Assembly (NCBI GenBank): GCA_947629735.1
Contig: CANREX010000001.1
Coordinates: 1-30,002 of the forward strand
Source of the DNA: an uncultured Clostridia bacterium
Lineage (GTDB): Bacteria > Bacillota > Clostridia > Christensenellales > Borkfalkiaceae
Direction of reading: 5' to 3'
DNA: 30,002 bases
Part shown: positions 1 to 9,059 of the stretch, piece by piece
Position numbering within the stretch: the stretch's first letter is position 1
Layout of the letters: every line of letters starts with the position of its first letter
Translations under genes and position numbers: made by a program
The notes under the pieces: generated by a model
Told to the model about the DNA's origin: nothing
Database searches by the model: none
What the model saw: the letters and a program-made list of their open reading frames with translations, nothing else

Positions 1-303
1 GAGCAAATGAGAGCACGAATGTGCTCGATTGCGCCGAAGAATCCCCTCGTGGTGGTAGGGAGTAACTTTGAAACGGCTATTTCACTTAATAATTCCAGAC
101 CCATTCGACTTCACTCGCCTATCAGCTCGTTACGCTCAGGGTGACAGTAAGGTTGGGGCTATCGCCCTCGGGCAGGGTGACAGTGAAAAGGTATGTAGTG
201 CTGTTGCTCCCTCGGGTAGAATGATAGTAAGGGTGTTGCGGTGCTGTCACGTCCTCGGGCAGGGTGACAGTGAAAGGGTATGCGGGGCTGTCACTCCCTC
301 GGG
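1..303. repeat. REP-doublet (REPIN-like) element, truncated at the window edge, followed by four ~44-bp mini-hairpin tandem units
   Basis: Arm ...CCGAAGAATCC, a spacer, then an inverted arm AGACCCATTCGACT...GCTCAGGGTGACA (ends 146). CCTCGGG cores at 166, 210, 253 and 297. Spacer shared with 21881-21935. Confidence 0.8.
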
Positions 304-357
304 CGGGGGGTAAAAAGGGGTCGCCGCGGTTGCGGGCGGGAAAAGCGGCGGTAAAAT

Positions 358-394
358 GTATACCCCCGCTCCCTTTTCGGGAGCGGGGGTATAC
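358..394. terminator. Intrinsic terminator hairpin, probably for the EF-G2 gene (possibly bidirectional)
   Basis: Perfect 16-bp inverted repeat GTATACCCCCGCTCCC/GGGAGCGGGGGTATAC with a 5-nt loop; short A-tract on the left and T-tract on the right. Confidence 0.75.
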
Positions 395-399
395 TGCTT

Positions 400-595
400 T
401 TCTATGATTTAATTATATAACTTACTGCGGTTTTCTGTGTTATTATTCGCATGACTTCCGTCGGTTTTACTATTCTATGATTTAATCACAAAACTTTTTG
501 CAATTTTGCGCTGTTATAATTCACAAAACTTTCTGTGATTTTGTTGTGCTATTATTCACAAAACTTTCCGTCGATTCTGCGCTATTATTCACATA
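400..595 (+). repeat. Degenerate AT-rich tandem repeat (~33-39 bp period, ~6 units) with a TTATTCACA-like core
   Basis: Cores at 409, 443, 482, 517, 552 and 585; consensus approximately TATTATTCACAAAACTTT plus a variable tail. Confidence 0.7.
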
Positions 596-600
596 ACTAT

Positions 601-2655
601 TTAAGCTTCGCTGGCGGCGATGACTTTTTCAGCGAGGGCGGCGGGGAGTTCTTCATAGCGGCAGAATTCGGATGAGAATCTGCCCGTGCCGCGCGTAAGT
701 CCGCGTAGGTCGGTGGAGTAGGTCGCGATTTCCGAAAGCGGGGCTTCCGCGACGACGGTGGTTATCTCGCCGTCTGTATTGCTCTCGACGATGCGCCCGC
801 GACGTTTGGACAAATCGCCCATGACCGCGCCGAGGTACTCGTTGGGAACGGCGGTTTTGACCTTGACGATGGGCTCTAACAGCACGGGGCAGGCGTTTTT
901 CATTCCCTCGCGGAATGCGAGAGCCGCCGCGGCTTTGAACGCCATTTCGCTCGAATCGACCTCGTGATAGCTGCCGTCGAAGAGCACCGCGCGCACGCCC
1001 GTGACGGGATAGCCCGCCAAAACGCCTCGCCCGAGGCACTCCCGCAGCCCCTTTTCGACCGCGGGTATATACTGTTTGGGCACTGCTCCGCCGACGACCT
1101 CGTCGCCGAAGTCGAAGTCTCCGTCAAAGGGCTCGAACCTGACCTTGCAGTGACCGTACTGTCCGTGTCCGCCCGATTGTTTCTTGTGTTTGCCCTCGGC
1201 GATGGCGACTTTCTTTATCGTCTCGCGGTAGGGGATTCTGGGCTTTGAAAGGTTTGTCTTTATCCCGTAGCGGTTTTTCAGTTTTGCCGCGATGATTTCG
1301 ATATGCGTTTCGCCCTGCCCGCTTATAATCGTTTCGCCCGTCTCGGCGTCCTTTTGCAGGCTGAACGTGTAGTCCTCCTCGCGCATCTTGTTGAGCCCCG
1401 AAAAGATCTTGTCCTCTTCGCCCTTGACCGCCGCGCTTATCGCCATGGACAGCGTGGGTTTGGGGAAGCGTATCGGGTCGAACGCGATATTCGTGCCCAT
1501 CGCGCACAGCGTGTGGTTGGTGTCCGTATCGTCGAGTTTGTTGACCGCGCCGATATCGCCCGCGGTGAGTTCGGAAACGAGCTCTGTTTTCTTCCCGCAC
1601 AGCGCAAAAATCTGACCTATCCGCTCTTCCTTGCCCGTTGAGGAATTGAAAACCACGTCGCCCGACTTCAATTTGCCCCTGTAAACCTTGATGTAATTGA
1701 GCTTGCCCGTGTAGGCGTCGTAAGCCGTCTTGAAAACCTGCGCGGCGAAGGGCGCGTTCTCGTCGCATTCAACGTTTATCATCTCGTCCGCGCCGTAGTC
1801 GGTGGCTATGGAGTTGCGCCTCTCGTTTGCGGTGGGCATATACGTCACGATTTCGTCGAGAAGGTTGATTACGCCCCTGTTTTGCAGCGCGCTGCCCGCC
1901 ATTACGGGTATGACGCTGTTGGTCGCGATGCCCTTCCTTATGCCGTGGACGATGTCCGCCTTGTCCAGCTTGCCCTCTTCGAAGTACTTGTCGAGCAGAG
2001 AATCGTCGTTTTCAGCGGCGGTCTCCATGAGCGACGCCTGCATTTCTTTCATCTGGTTTTCAAGCGCGTAGGGTATGGGGATTTCCTTAGGTCCGCTCGT
2101 CGAAAATTCGTACGCCTTTTCCTGAATGGCGTTAATATAACCCGTCATCTTCCCGCCTTCCATTATCGGTATCTGAATGGGCGCGAGCTTGCCCGCATAC
2201 TTGTCTTTGAGCGCGGCGACGGTGGAGTAGTAGTCCGCGTTTGCCTTGTCCATGCCGTTTATGAAGATTATCAGCGGCTTGCCCAGCCTCAGGCAGTAAT
2301 CGACGACGCTCTCCGCGCCTATGGGCAGCACGCCGTTAGCGCCCAGCACGAGCACCGCCGCGCCGCACGCCGCGAGCCCTTCGTGGCGCTCGCCCTCGAA
2401 GTCGTAAAAGCCGGGGAGGTCGAGGACATTTATCTTCACGTCTTTCCATATTAAATACGCGCACGCGCAATTTATGGAAAATTGTTTCGCCTTTTCCAGC
2501 TCGTCGAAGTCCATTACCGTCGTGCCCGCGGCGACCGACCCCATTCTGTCTATCGCCCCGCCGTTGAACAGCATTGCTTCGCATAAGGTGGTCTTGCCCT
2601 CTCCGCTGTGACCTATCACGGCGATGTTCCTGATGTTCTTTGATGTTATGTTCAT
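601..2655 (-). CDS. fusA2: Elongation factor G paralogue (EF-G2/FusA2-type translational GTPase)
   Basis: 684 aa; IRNIAVIGHSGEGKTT P-loop, SGQGETHIEI, PYRETI, HKKQSGGHGQYG, SYHEVDSSEMAF, LLEPI; SD AAGAGGG. Confidence 0.92.
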   Translation of the reverse strand: MNITSKNIRNIAVIGHSGEGKTTLCEAMLFNGGAIDRMGSVAAGTTVMDFDELEKAKQFSINCACAYLIWKDVKINVLDLPGFYDFEGERHEGLAACGAAVLVLGANGVLPIGAESVVDYCLRLGKPLIIFINGMDKANADYYSTVAALKDKYAGKLAPIQIPIMEGGKMTGYINAIQEKAYEFSTSGPKEIPIPYALENQMKEMQASLMETAAENDDSLLDKYFEEGKLDKADIVHGIRKGIATNSVIPVMAGSALQNRGVINLLDEIVTYMPTANERRNSIATDYGADEMINVECDENAPFAAQVFKTAYDAYTGKLNYIKVYRGKLKSGDVVFNSSTGKEERIGQIFALCGKKTELVSELTAGDIGAVNKLDDTDTNHTLCAMGTNIAFDPIRFPKPTLSMAISAAVKGEEDKIFSGLNKMREEDYTFSLQKDAETGETIISGQGETHIEIIAAKLKNRYGIKTNLSKPRIPYRETIKKVAIAEGKHKKQSGGHGQYGHCKVRFEPFDGDFDFGDEVVGGAVPKQYIPAVEKGLRECLGRGVLAGYPVTGVRAVLFDGSYHEVDSSEMAFKAAAALAFREGMKNACPVLLEPIVKVKTAVPNEYLGAVMGDLSKRRGRIVESNTDGEITTVVAEAPLSEIATYSTDLRGLTRGTGRFSSEFCRYEELPAALAEKVIAASEA

Positions 2656-2694
2656 ATTTTTCCCTCTTATCCTGCATGAGCAGTTACTGTCATC

Positions 2695-2723
2695 ATTATA
2701 AAATATATTTGCCCGATTTTCAA
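2695..2723 (-). promoter_or_regulatory. SigA-type promoter for the EF-G2 gene
   Basis: Minus strand TTGAAA-17 nt-TATAAT, ending 39 nt upstream of the ATG at 2655. Confidence 0.7.
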
Positions 2724-3104
2724 TAGCAAAGACAAAAAAAGCCTTTATCCGCCCGTTTCGCCCAAACCCGCCGCACGCTCAAATTTCGAAGTTTTTTGTA
2801 AAAAACTGTATCGAAATAGCACTTTCTGATAATAATTAACAAAAAAATGAGCTATTTCACATTTTGAAAAGTCCATAAGAAAATTTAATACCTGTTTTTT
2901 TGACTTCCACGGAAGCGTTTCCCGTGAGATGAAAGGGGTAGGGAAATCAATATATTGTGGTGTTTGAGGTCTTAAAAGCACAATTTTCGGGCTGAGAAAA
3001 AGCAGGGGAAAGCGTTTTTTGCAAAATCGGGCGTAAATTGCGGCAAAACGGGGCAAAAAGGCTGTAAAACGGGCAAAAAAGCTCAAAAAAATGCTGAAAT
3101 TCGT

Positions 3105-3134
3105 TTGACAAACCGAAAGGTTTAATTATATAAT
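3105..3134 (+). promoter_or_regulatory. SigA-type promoter of the S10 operon
   Basis: TTGACA (3105-3110)-18 nt-TATAAT (3129-3134), with A-rich tracts upstream. Confidence 0.8.
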
Positions 3135-3136
3135 AG

Positions 3137-3390
3137 TCAAGCGCGTTTGAAAAAGTGCGTATGGGTTGACGCTTGAAGTTACTGAAAAATCCCGTTAAAA
3201 AGCGGCGGGCACAGATAATTCATGCCGACAAATGTAGGGGCTTTGACCCCTGCGACTAACCGTGGCTTTGGGTACACGCCGTCTTTACTCGGTGTTTTTT
3301 AATGCCCTTTGCCGCGATACACACGGTTAAGTTGACGCGCGGAATACTTTTCCGCGGCGGGAGAGCCGCCGCAAAAATCGTTAGTATAAA
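3137..3390 (+). promoter_or_regulatory. Structured 5' leader of rpsJ (candidate ribosomal-protein leader)
   Basis: ~260-nt leader with several stems: AGGGG/CCCCT, TAACCGTG/CACGGTTA, CGCGGAA/TTCCGCG, GCGGCGG/CCGCCGC. Confidence 0.5.
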
Positions 3391-3401
3391 AGGAGAAAAC
3401 C

Positions 3402-3701
3402 ATGGCAGGACAGAAAATCAGAATCAAACTCGTAGCGTACGACCACGAATTGGTAGACCTTGCGGCGTCGCGCATCGTAGAGACGATGAAAAAGAGCGGC
3501 GCGAAAATTTCGGGGCCCATACCCCTTCCCACCGAGAGGGAGGTCATCACCATTCTCCGTTGCCCTCACAAGGATAAGGACAGCCGCGAGCAGTTCGAAC
3601 AGAGGACGTACAAGAGAATTATAGACATCTACACGCCCAACGCGAAACTTTTGGACACCGTTCACCTTCCCGCGGGCGTAGATATCAAAATCAAACTTTA
3701 A
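3402..3701 (+). CDS. rpsJ: 30S ribosomal protein S10
   Basis: [29 protein letters not shown]; SD AAGGAG; first gene of the operon. Confidence 0.98.
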   Translation: MAGQKIRIKLVAYDHELVDLAASRIVETMKKSGAKISGPIPLPTEREVITILRCPHKDKDSREQFEQRTYKRIIDIYTPNAKLLDTVHLPAGVDIKIKL

Positions 3702-3802
3702 AACCGACAATATGGATAACCAACGGATTCAAGCCGACGCGGCGTCGCGGCGCTACTTGAAGCGAGTTATCCCGAAAAATATTTTTTGGAGGAACTTTAT
3801 CG

Positions 3803-4432
3803 ATGAATAAAGCAATCATCTGCCGCAAAGAGGGCATGACCCAGATATTTACGGCAGAGGGGAAAGTAATCCCCGTGACGGTTTTGCAGGCAGGGCCTTG
3901 CCCCGTCGTCCAGATCAAAACCGTGGAAAAAGACGGATACGCGGCATTGAAGCTCGGCTTCGGCGAAGCGTCCGAAAAATCGCTCACCAAACCCGAGCTC
4001 GGGCAGTTCGCAAAGGCGGGGGTCAAGCCCTGCAAGGTCTTGAAGGAATTCAGGCTTGCGGATATGAGCGCCTACACCGTGGGCGCGGAGATAAAAGCGG
4101 ACGTGTTCTCCGTCGGCGACAGGGTCGACGCGCACGGCGTCAGCAAGGGTCACGGGTACAGCGGCGTCATCAAGAGATGGAATCAACACCGCCTCAAAGA
4201 GACGCATGGCGTAGGCCCCGTGCACAGAGAGCCCGGTTCAATGGGCGCGAACAGCTCGCCTTCGCGGGTTTTCAAGAACAAGCATTTAGCGGGTCAGTAC
4301 GGCTGTGAAAACGTCACCGTACAGAATCTGGAAATCGTCAGGGTGGACGCGGAAAGGAACTGCATCCTTGTCAAAGGCTCTGTGCCCGGCCCCGACGGTA
4401 GTATCGTTACCATCAACGATACCGTTAAGTAA
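3803..4432 (+). CDS. rplC: 50S ribosomal protein L3
   Basis: [42 protein letters not shown]; synteny. Confidence 0.98.
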   Translation: MNKAIICRKEGMTQIFTAEGKVIPVTVLQAGPCPVVQIKTVEKDGYAALKLGFGEASEKSLTKPELGQFAKAGVKPCKVLKEFRLADMSAYTVGAEIKADVFSVGDRVDAHGVSKGHGYSGVIKRWNQHRLKETHGVGPVHREPGSMGANSSPSRVFKNKHLAGQYGCENVTVQNLEIVRVDAERNCILVKGSVPGPDGSIVTINDTVK

Positions 4433-4446
4433 GGAGGACAAACGAG

Positions 4447-5073
4447 ATGCCCAGCATTAAGGTATATAAGATGGATGGCACGGAAGCGGGCACTTTGAAG
4501 CTCAGCGATAAAGTGTTCGGCGCGGAATACAGGGAAGAACTCATTCACCAGGCGGTAGTCGCGAGGCTCGCAAACGAGAGGCAGGGGACAAAATCCACCC
4601 TCACCCGTACGGAAGTAAGGGGCGGCGGCAGGAAGCCTTGGAGACAGAAGGGAACGGGCAACGCCCGCCAAGGCTCTATAAGAGCTCCCCAATGGGTAAA
4701 GGGCGGCGTCGTATTTGCGCCCAAGAGCCGTGATTTTTCCAAAGACATGAACAAGAAAGCCAAGACGGCGGCGCTTTTGAGCGCGCTTTCCAAGAAAGTT
4801 GCGGACGGCGAAGTGGTAGTCGTCGACCAGCTCTCCGTAAAGGAAGGCAAGACCAAGGAGATGGCGGCGTTCAGGCAGGCTTTGAAGCTCGACAAGACGG
4901 CTATTATATATATGGATAACGCGGACGAGAAAGTGATACTTGCGGCGAGGAATATCGAGCAGCTCTCCACTTTGCCCGTAGAGCAGATTTCCGTATACGA
5001 GGTGGTAGCCAACGCCAAGGTCGTTCTCACCAAGGCTGCCGTAAAGAAGATCGAGGAGGTTTACGGAGCATAA
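4447..5073 (+). CDS. rplD: 50S ribosomal protein L4
   Basis: [35 protein letters not shown]. Confidence 0.98.
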   Translation: MPSIKVYKMDGTEAGTLKLSDKVFGAEYREELIHQAVVARLANERQGTKSTLTRTEVRGGGRKPWRQKGTGNARQGSIRAPQWVKGGVVFAPKSRDFSKDMNKKAKTAALLSALSKKVADGEVVVVDQLSVKEGKTKEMAAFRQALKLDKTAIIYMDNADEKVILAARNIEQLSTLPVEQISVYEVVANAKVVLTKAAVKKIEEVYGA

Positions 5074-5363
5074 TGTTAGCGCAGGACATAATCATCAAGC
5101 CCCTTCTCACCGAAAAGGGATACGACGGAATAGCCGACAAGAAGTACACGTTCATCGTTGCAAAGTCGGCGAACAAGACACAGATAAAGCTCGCAATAGA
5201 GCAGCTTTTCGGCGTTGACGTGAAGAGCGTAAACACTGTAAACTGCAAGGGCAAGCTCAAAAGAATGGGCAGGAGCGAGGGTTACACTCCCGATTACAAA
5301 AAGGCAATCGTCCAGCTCAAAGAAGATTCAAAGACGATAGAGTTCTTTGATTCGCTGTCCTGA
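5073..5363 (+). CDS. rplW: 50S ribosomal protein L23
   Basis: [31 protein letters not shown]; TAATG overlap with rplD. Confidence 0.97.
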   Translation: MLAQDIIIKPLLTEKGYDGIADKKYTFIVAKSANKTQIKLAIEQLFGVDVKSVNTVNCKGKLKRMGRSEGYTPDYKKAIVQLKEDSKTIEFFDSLS

Positions 5364-5378
5364 TAAGGAGAAATAACC

Positions 5379-6206
5379 ATGGCAATTAAGAGATATAAAC
5401 CGACTTCGCCTTCCCGTCGTTTCATGACGGTGCTGGCAAACGAACAGCTCAGCGGCGACAAGCCCGAAAGAAGTCTTTTAAAGGACAAGAGAAAGACGGG
5501 CGGCAGGAACAACGCAGGCAAGATAACCGTTCGTCACATCGGCGGCGGCAACAAGACGAAGTACAGAATAATAGATTTCAAGAGGAATAAGGACGGCGTA
5601 CCCGCAAAGGTCGCTTCCATTCAGTACGACCCCAACCGTTCCGCGAACATCGCGCTTTTGCACTATGCGGACGGCGAGAAGAGGTATATCCTCGCGCCCC
5701 TCGGGCTCAACGTAGGCGACAAAGTCGTCTCGGGCAAGGACGCGGATATCAAGGCGGGCAACGCGCTTCCCCTTGAAAATATCCCCGTAGGTACTGTAAT
5801 TCACGCGATAGAGCTTCAACCCGGCCGCGGCGCGCAGATAGCGAGGGCGGCGGGCATTTCCGCGCAGATAATGGCGAAGGAAGGCGCTTACGCGACGCTG
5901 AAGATGCCCTCGGGCGAAATGAGGCTGGTATCCGTAAAGTGCAGGGCGACCATCGGACAGGTGGGAAACCTCGAATACGAGATAGTGCACCTCGGCAAGG
6001 CGGGCAAGACGAGATATCTCGGCACGCGTCCCACGGTAAGAGGTTCGGTCATGAACCCCAACGACCACCCTCACGGCGGCGGCGAAGGCAAGAGCCCGGT
6101 AGGTCACGCAGGTCCTATGACCCCTTGGGGCAAGCCCGCGTTGGGATATAAGACGAGAAAGAAGAAGAAAACCACTTCCAAGTATATCTTGAAGAGAATC
6201 AATTAA
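5379..6206 (+). CDS. rplB: 50S ribosomal protein L2
   Basis: [44 protein letters not shown]. Confidence 0.99.
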   Translation: MAIKRYKPTSPSRRFMTVLANEQLSGDKPERSLLKDKRKTGGRNNAGKITVRHIGGGNKTKYRIIDFKRNKDGVPAKVASIQYDPNRSANIALLHYADGEKRYILAPLGLNVGDKVVSGKDADIKAGNALPLENIPVGTVIHAIELQPGRGAQIARAAGISAQIMAKEGAYATLKMPSGEMRLVSVKCRATIGQVGNLEYEIVHLGKAGKTRYLGTRPTVRGSVMNPNDHPHGGGEGKSPVGHAGPMTPWGKPALGYKTRKKKKTTSKYILKRIN

Positions 6207-6220
6207 AGGAGGAACGATAA

Positions 6221-6502
6221 ATGTCAAGAAGCGTTAAGAAAGGCCCTTACTATGAAGAAAGGCTGATGTCGAGAATAGAAGCAATGAACGCGTCGGGCGA
6301 CAAGAAGGTCATCAAGACCTGGTCGCGCGCAACGACAGTGTTCCCCCAGATGGTAGGACATACCATAGCGGTATACGACGGCAGGAAGCACGTGCCCGTA
6401 TATATAACCGAGGACATGGTAGGCTGCAAGCTCGGTGAGTTCGCCCCCACGAGGACGTTCAGAGGGCATGCTGCCAAGACGACGACGGCGGGCAAGAAGT
6501 AA
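6221..6502 (+). CDS. rpsS: 30S ribosomal protein S19
   Basis: [35 protein letters not shown]. Confidence 0.98.
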   Translation: MSRSVKKGPYYEERLMSRIEAMNASGDKKVIKTWSRATTVFPQMVGHTIAVYDGRKHVPVYITEDMVGCKLGEFAPTRTFRGHAAKTTTAGKK

Positions 6503-6516
6503 GGAGACAGAAAGTT

Positions 6517-6906
6517 ATGGCAAAGAACATGAAGATCAAAGCTGAAAAGATTGCCGCAACCGAGGATAAGCGTCCTTACGCAACGGCTAAATACGTCAGG
6601 ATTTCCCCCTACAAGGTGAGAACGGTTCTCGCCCTGATAAGAGGGAAGAGCGTTGAAGAAGCGGCTTCCATACTCACCTACTGCAACAAAGGCGGCAGCG
6701 AGGAAGTGAAGAAGGTGCTCCTGTCCGCGGCGGCAAATGCAGAGCATAACGACGGAATGGACAGGGGGGATCTGATAGTAGCGGAAGCGTTCGCGAACGG
6801 CGGACCTCACCTCAAAAGGATGCAGCCCGTATCCAAGGGACGCGGACATGCGATTTTGAAGAGAACGAGCCATATCACCGTCATACTCGACGCGAAGAAG
6901 ATATAA
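6517..6906 (+). CDS. rplV: 50S ribosomal protein L22 (short N-terminal extension)
   Basis: [27 protein letters not shown]. Confidence 0.97.
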   Translation: MAKNMKIKAEKIAATEDKRPYATAKYVRISPYKVRTVLALIRGKSVEEAASILTYCNKGGSEEVKKVLLSAAANAEHNDGMDRGDLIVAEAFANGGPHLKRMQPVSKGRGHAILKRTSHITVILDAKKI

Positions 6907-6917
6907 GGAGAAAAAGT

Positions 6918-7589
6918 ATGGGACAAAAAGTTAATCCTCACGGTTTGAGAGTCGGCGTCATAAAGAGCTGGGACACCCAGTGGTATGCCGATAAAAAAGA
7001 CTTCGGTAAACATTTGAAGGAAGATAACGTCATCCGTACTTTTATCAAGAAAAAGTACTTCGACGCGGCAATTTCCAAAATCTGCATCGTAAGAGCGGCC
7101 AATAAAGTGGAGGTCACCATCTATACGGGCCGTCCCGGCGTGCTGATCGGCAAGGCGGGCGCGGAGATAGACGTCATCAAGAAAGACCTCGCAAAGCTCA
7201 CGAGCGGCAAGATAATAATCATCAACGTAAACAAAGTTGAAAAGATAGACCAGGACGCACAGCTCGTCGCGGAGGCGGTAGCTTCCCAGCTCGAAAAGCG
7301 CGTTTCTTACAGAAGAGCTATCAAACAGCAGCTTTCCAAAGTGTCCAAGTCGGGCGTAAAGGGCGTGAAGATCACGGTCAGCGGACGCCTCGACGGCAGG
7401 GAAATCGCGGGAAGCGAAAGTTATCACGAAGGTTCTATTCCCCTTCAAACGCTCAGGGCGAACATCGATTACGGTTTTGCGGAAGCGCATACCACGTTCG
7501 GCGTGCTCGGCGTAAAGTGCTGGATATACAAGGGCGAAGTGCTTTCGGGACAGAAAAAGCTCATAATCTCAGACGGAGGTGAAGAGTAA
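6918..7589 (+). CDS. rpsC: 30S ribosomal protein S3
   Basis: [35 protein letters not shown]. Confidence 0.98.
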   Translation: MGQKVNPHGLRVGVIKSWDTQWYADKKDFGKHLKEDNVIRTFIKKKYFDAAISKICIVRAANKVEVTIYTGRPGVLIGKAGAEIDVIKKDLAKLTSGKIIIINVNKVEKIDQDAQLVAEAVASQLEKRVSYRRAIKQQLSKVSKSGVKGVKITVSGRLDGREIAGSESYHEGSIPLQTLRANIDYGFAEAHTTFGVLGVKCWIYKGEVLSGQKKLIISDGGEE

Positions 7590-8026
7590 TGTTAATTCCC
7601 AAGAGAGTTAAAAGAAGAATGCAGCACCGCGGCAAGATACGCGGCAGAGCGCACAAGGGCAATAAAGTAGCTTACGGCGAATACGGGCTTGTAGCGGAAG
7701 AGGGCGGAAGGATAACTTCCAACCAGATAGAAGCGGCGCGTATCGCGATGACGAGATTCATCAAGCGCGGCGGGCAGGTGTGGATAGACATATTCCCCCA
7801 CAAGCCCATAACCAAACACCCCGCGGAATCCCGTATGGGCTCGGGCAAAGGCTCGGTTGAATATTGGGTGGCTATCGTTAAGCCCGACAGAGTAATGTTC
7901 GAAATGGCGGGCGTATCGGAGGACGTCGCAAGGGAGGCAATGCGCCTTGCTTCGCACAAGCTCCCCGTTAAATGCAAGTTCGTCAAGAAAGAAGATTTAG
8001 AAGGCGGTGAAGCTAATGAAGGCTAA
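7589..8026 (+). CDS. rplP: 50S ribosomal protein L16
   Basis: [32 protein letters not shown]. Confidence 0.98.
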   Translation: MLIPKRVKRRMQHRGKIRGRAHKGNKVAYGEYGLVAEEGGRITSNQIEAARIAMTRFIKRGGQVWIDIFPHKPITKHPAESRMGSGKGSVEYWVAIVKPDRVMFEMAGVSEDVAREAMRLASHKLPVKCKFVKKEDLEGGEANEG

Positions 8027-8210
8027 GGATATAATAAATTTGAGCGACGCAGAACTTAGCGCTAAGCTGTCGGAACTTAAAACGGAGCTTTTCAATCTTC
8101 GTTTCCGCCATGCGAGCGGTCAGCTTGAAAATCCTTTGCAGATCAACCTTGTAAAAAAGGATATAGCAAGGGTGAACACCGTGATCCGCGCAAGGCAGAT
8201 CAAAGGTTAA
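8016..8210 (+). CDS. rpmC: 50S ribosomal protein L29
   Basis: [24 protein letters not shown]; ATG at 8016 preferred (SD GGCGGTG) over GTG at 8007. Confidence 0.96.
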   Translation: MKAKDIINLSDAELSAKLSELKTELFNLRFRHASGQLENPLQINLVKKDIARVNTVIRARQIKG

Positions 8211-8221
8211 GGAGAAAGGCA

Positions 8222-8482
8222 ATGGAAGAAAGGACATCTTTAAGAAAGGAAAGGGTAGGACTTGTCGTTTCCGATAAAATGGATAAGACGGTCGTCGTAG
8301 CCATCACCGAAAAGAGCAAGCACCCCCTCTATAAGAAGACGATAACCAAGACGACGAAGTTCAAGGCGCACGACGAAAACAACGAGTGCGGCGTGGGCGA
8401 CACCGTAAGAATCGTCGAGACGAGGAAATTTTCCAAGGATAAGAATTGGCGCGTAGCCGAAATTATCGAAAAGGCGAAGTAA
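8222..8482 (+). CDS. rpsQ: 30S ribosomal protein S17
   Basis: [29 protein letters not shown]. Confidence 0.98.
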   Translation: MEERTSLRKERVGLVVSDKMDKTVVVAITEKSKHPLYKKTITKTTKFKAHDENNECGVGDTVRIVETRKFSKDKNWRVAEIIEKAK

Positions 8483-8677
8483 TTTTCCGCCGCTGCCGCG
8501 GCGCGTATGCGCTTCGGCGGGGCGATAGGGCGGCACGGTGAGGTAACTTTGAAAGTATAGGGAAATCGCGAAAAGTTTTTTCGGAAATTTCCGCCTCACC
8601 CTCTGAACGGCAAAACGCGCCCTTAAAGGGCGGGCAAAGTAAGAGTTGTAAGTTAGACATAAATAAGGAGAATTTAT

Positions 8678-9046
8678 ATGATACAACCTCAGACGAGGCT
8701 CAAAGCGGCCGACAACAGCGGCGCTAAGGAGCTTATGTGCATAAAGGTGCTGGGCGGCTCATTCAGAAAGACGGGCAACATCGGCGACGTCATCGTCTGC
8801 TCGGTCAAGACCGCGACTCCCGGCGGCGCAGTAAAGAAAGGCGACGTCGTAAAGGCGGTCATCGCGAGGAGCAAGCAGGGCGTAAGGCGCAGCGACGGCA
8901 CTTATATCAGATTTGACGACAACGCGGCGGTGATAATAGGGCAGAATCAGGAGCCGCGCGGCACGCGTATTTTCGGACCGATAGCAAGGGAACTGAGAGA
9001 GAAAAACTACATGAAGATAATCTCCCTCGCGCCCGAAGTTCTTTAA
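8678..9046 (+). CDS. rplN: 50S ribosomal protein L14
   Basis: [39 protein letters not shown]. Confidence 0.99.
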   Translation: MIQPQTRLKAADNSGAKELMCIKVLGGSFRKTGNIGDVIVCSVKTATPGGAVKKGDVVKAVIARSKQGVRRSDGTYIRFDDNAAVIIGQNQEPRGTRIFGPIARELREKNYMKIISLAPEVL

Positions 9047-9059
9047 TAGGAGAAATGCA

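Noticed and set aside
147-303. Possible CRISPR array (44-bp periodicity)
   Set aside because: The inter-repeat segments are only ~16 nt and resemble each other, the repeats derive from REP arms, and there are no cas genes.
68-313. 81-aa ORF in the ORF track
   Set aside because: It is a translation of the REP repeats, with no SD and no protein-like features.
400-595. Possible mini-CRISPR
   Set aside because: Core ~18 nt and tails ~16 nt are too short and degenerate; no leader or cas genes.
2745-3086. 113-aa minus-strand ORF in the divergent spacer
   Set aside because: Composition reflects A/T tracts (F/K-rich); no SD or recognisable domain.
3222-3302. 26-codon possible leader peptide in the rpsJ leader
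   Set aside because: No SD and no informative codon run; better explained as structured RNA.
6517-6576. N-terminal extension of L22
   Set aside because: Short extensions are common in clostridial L22; not considered novel.
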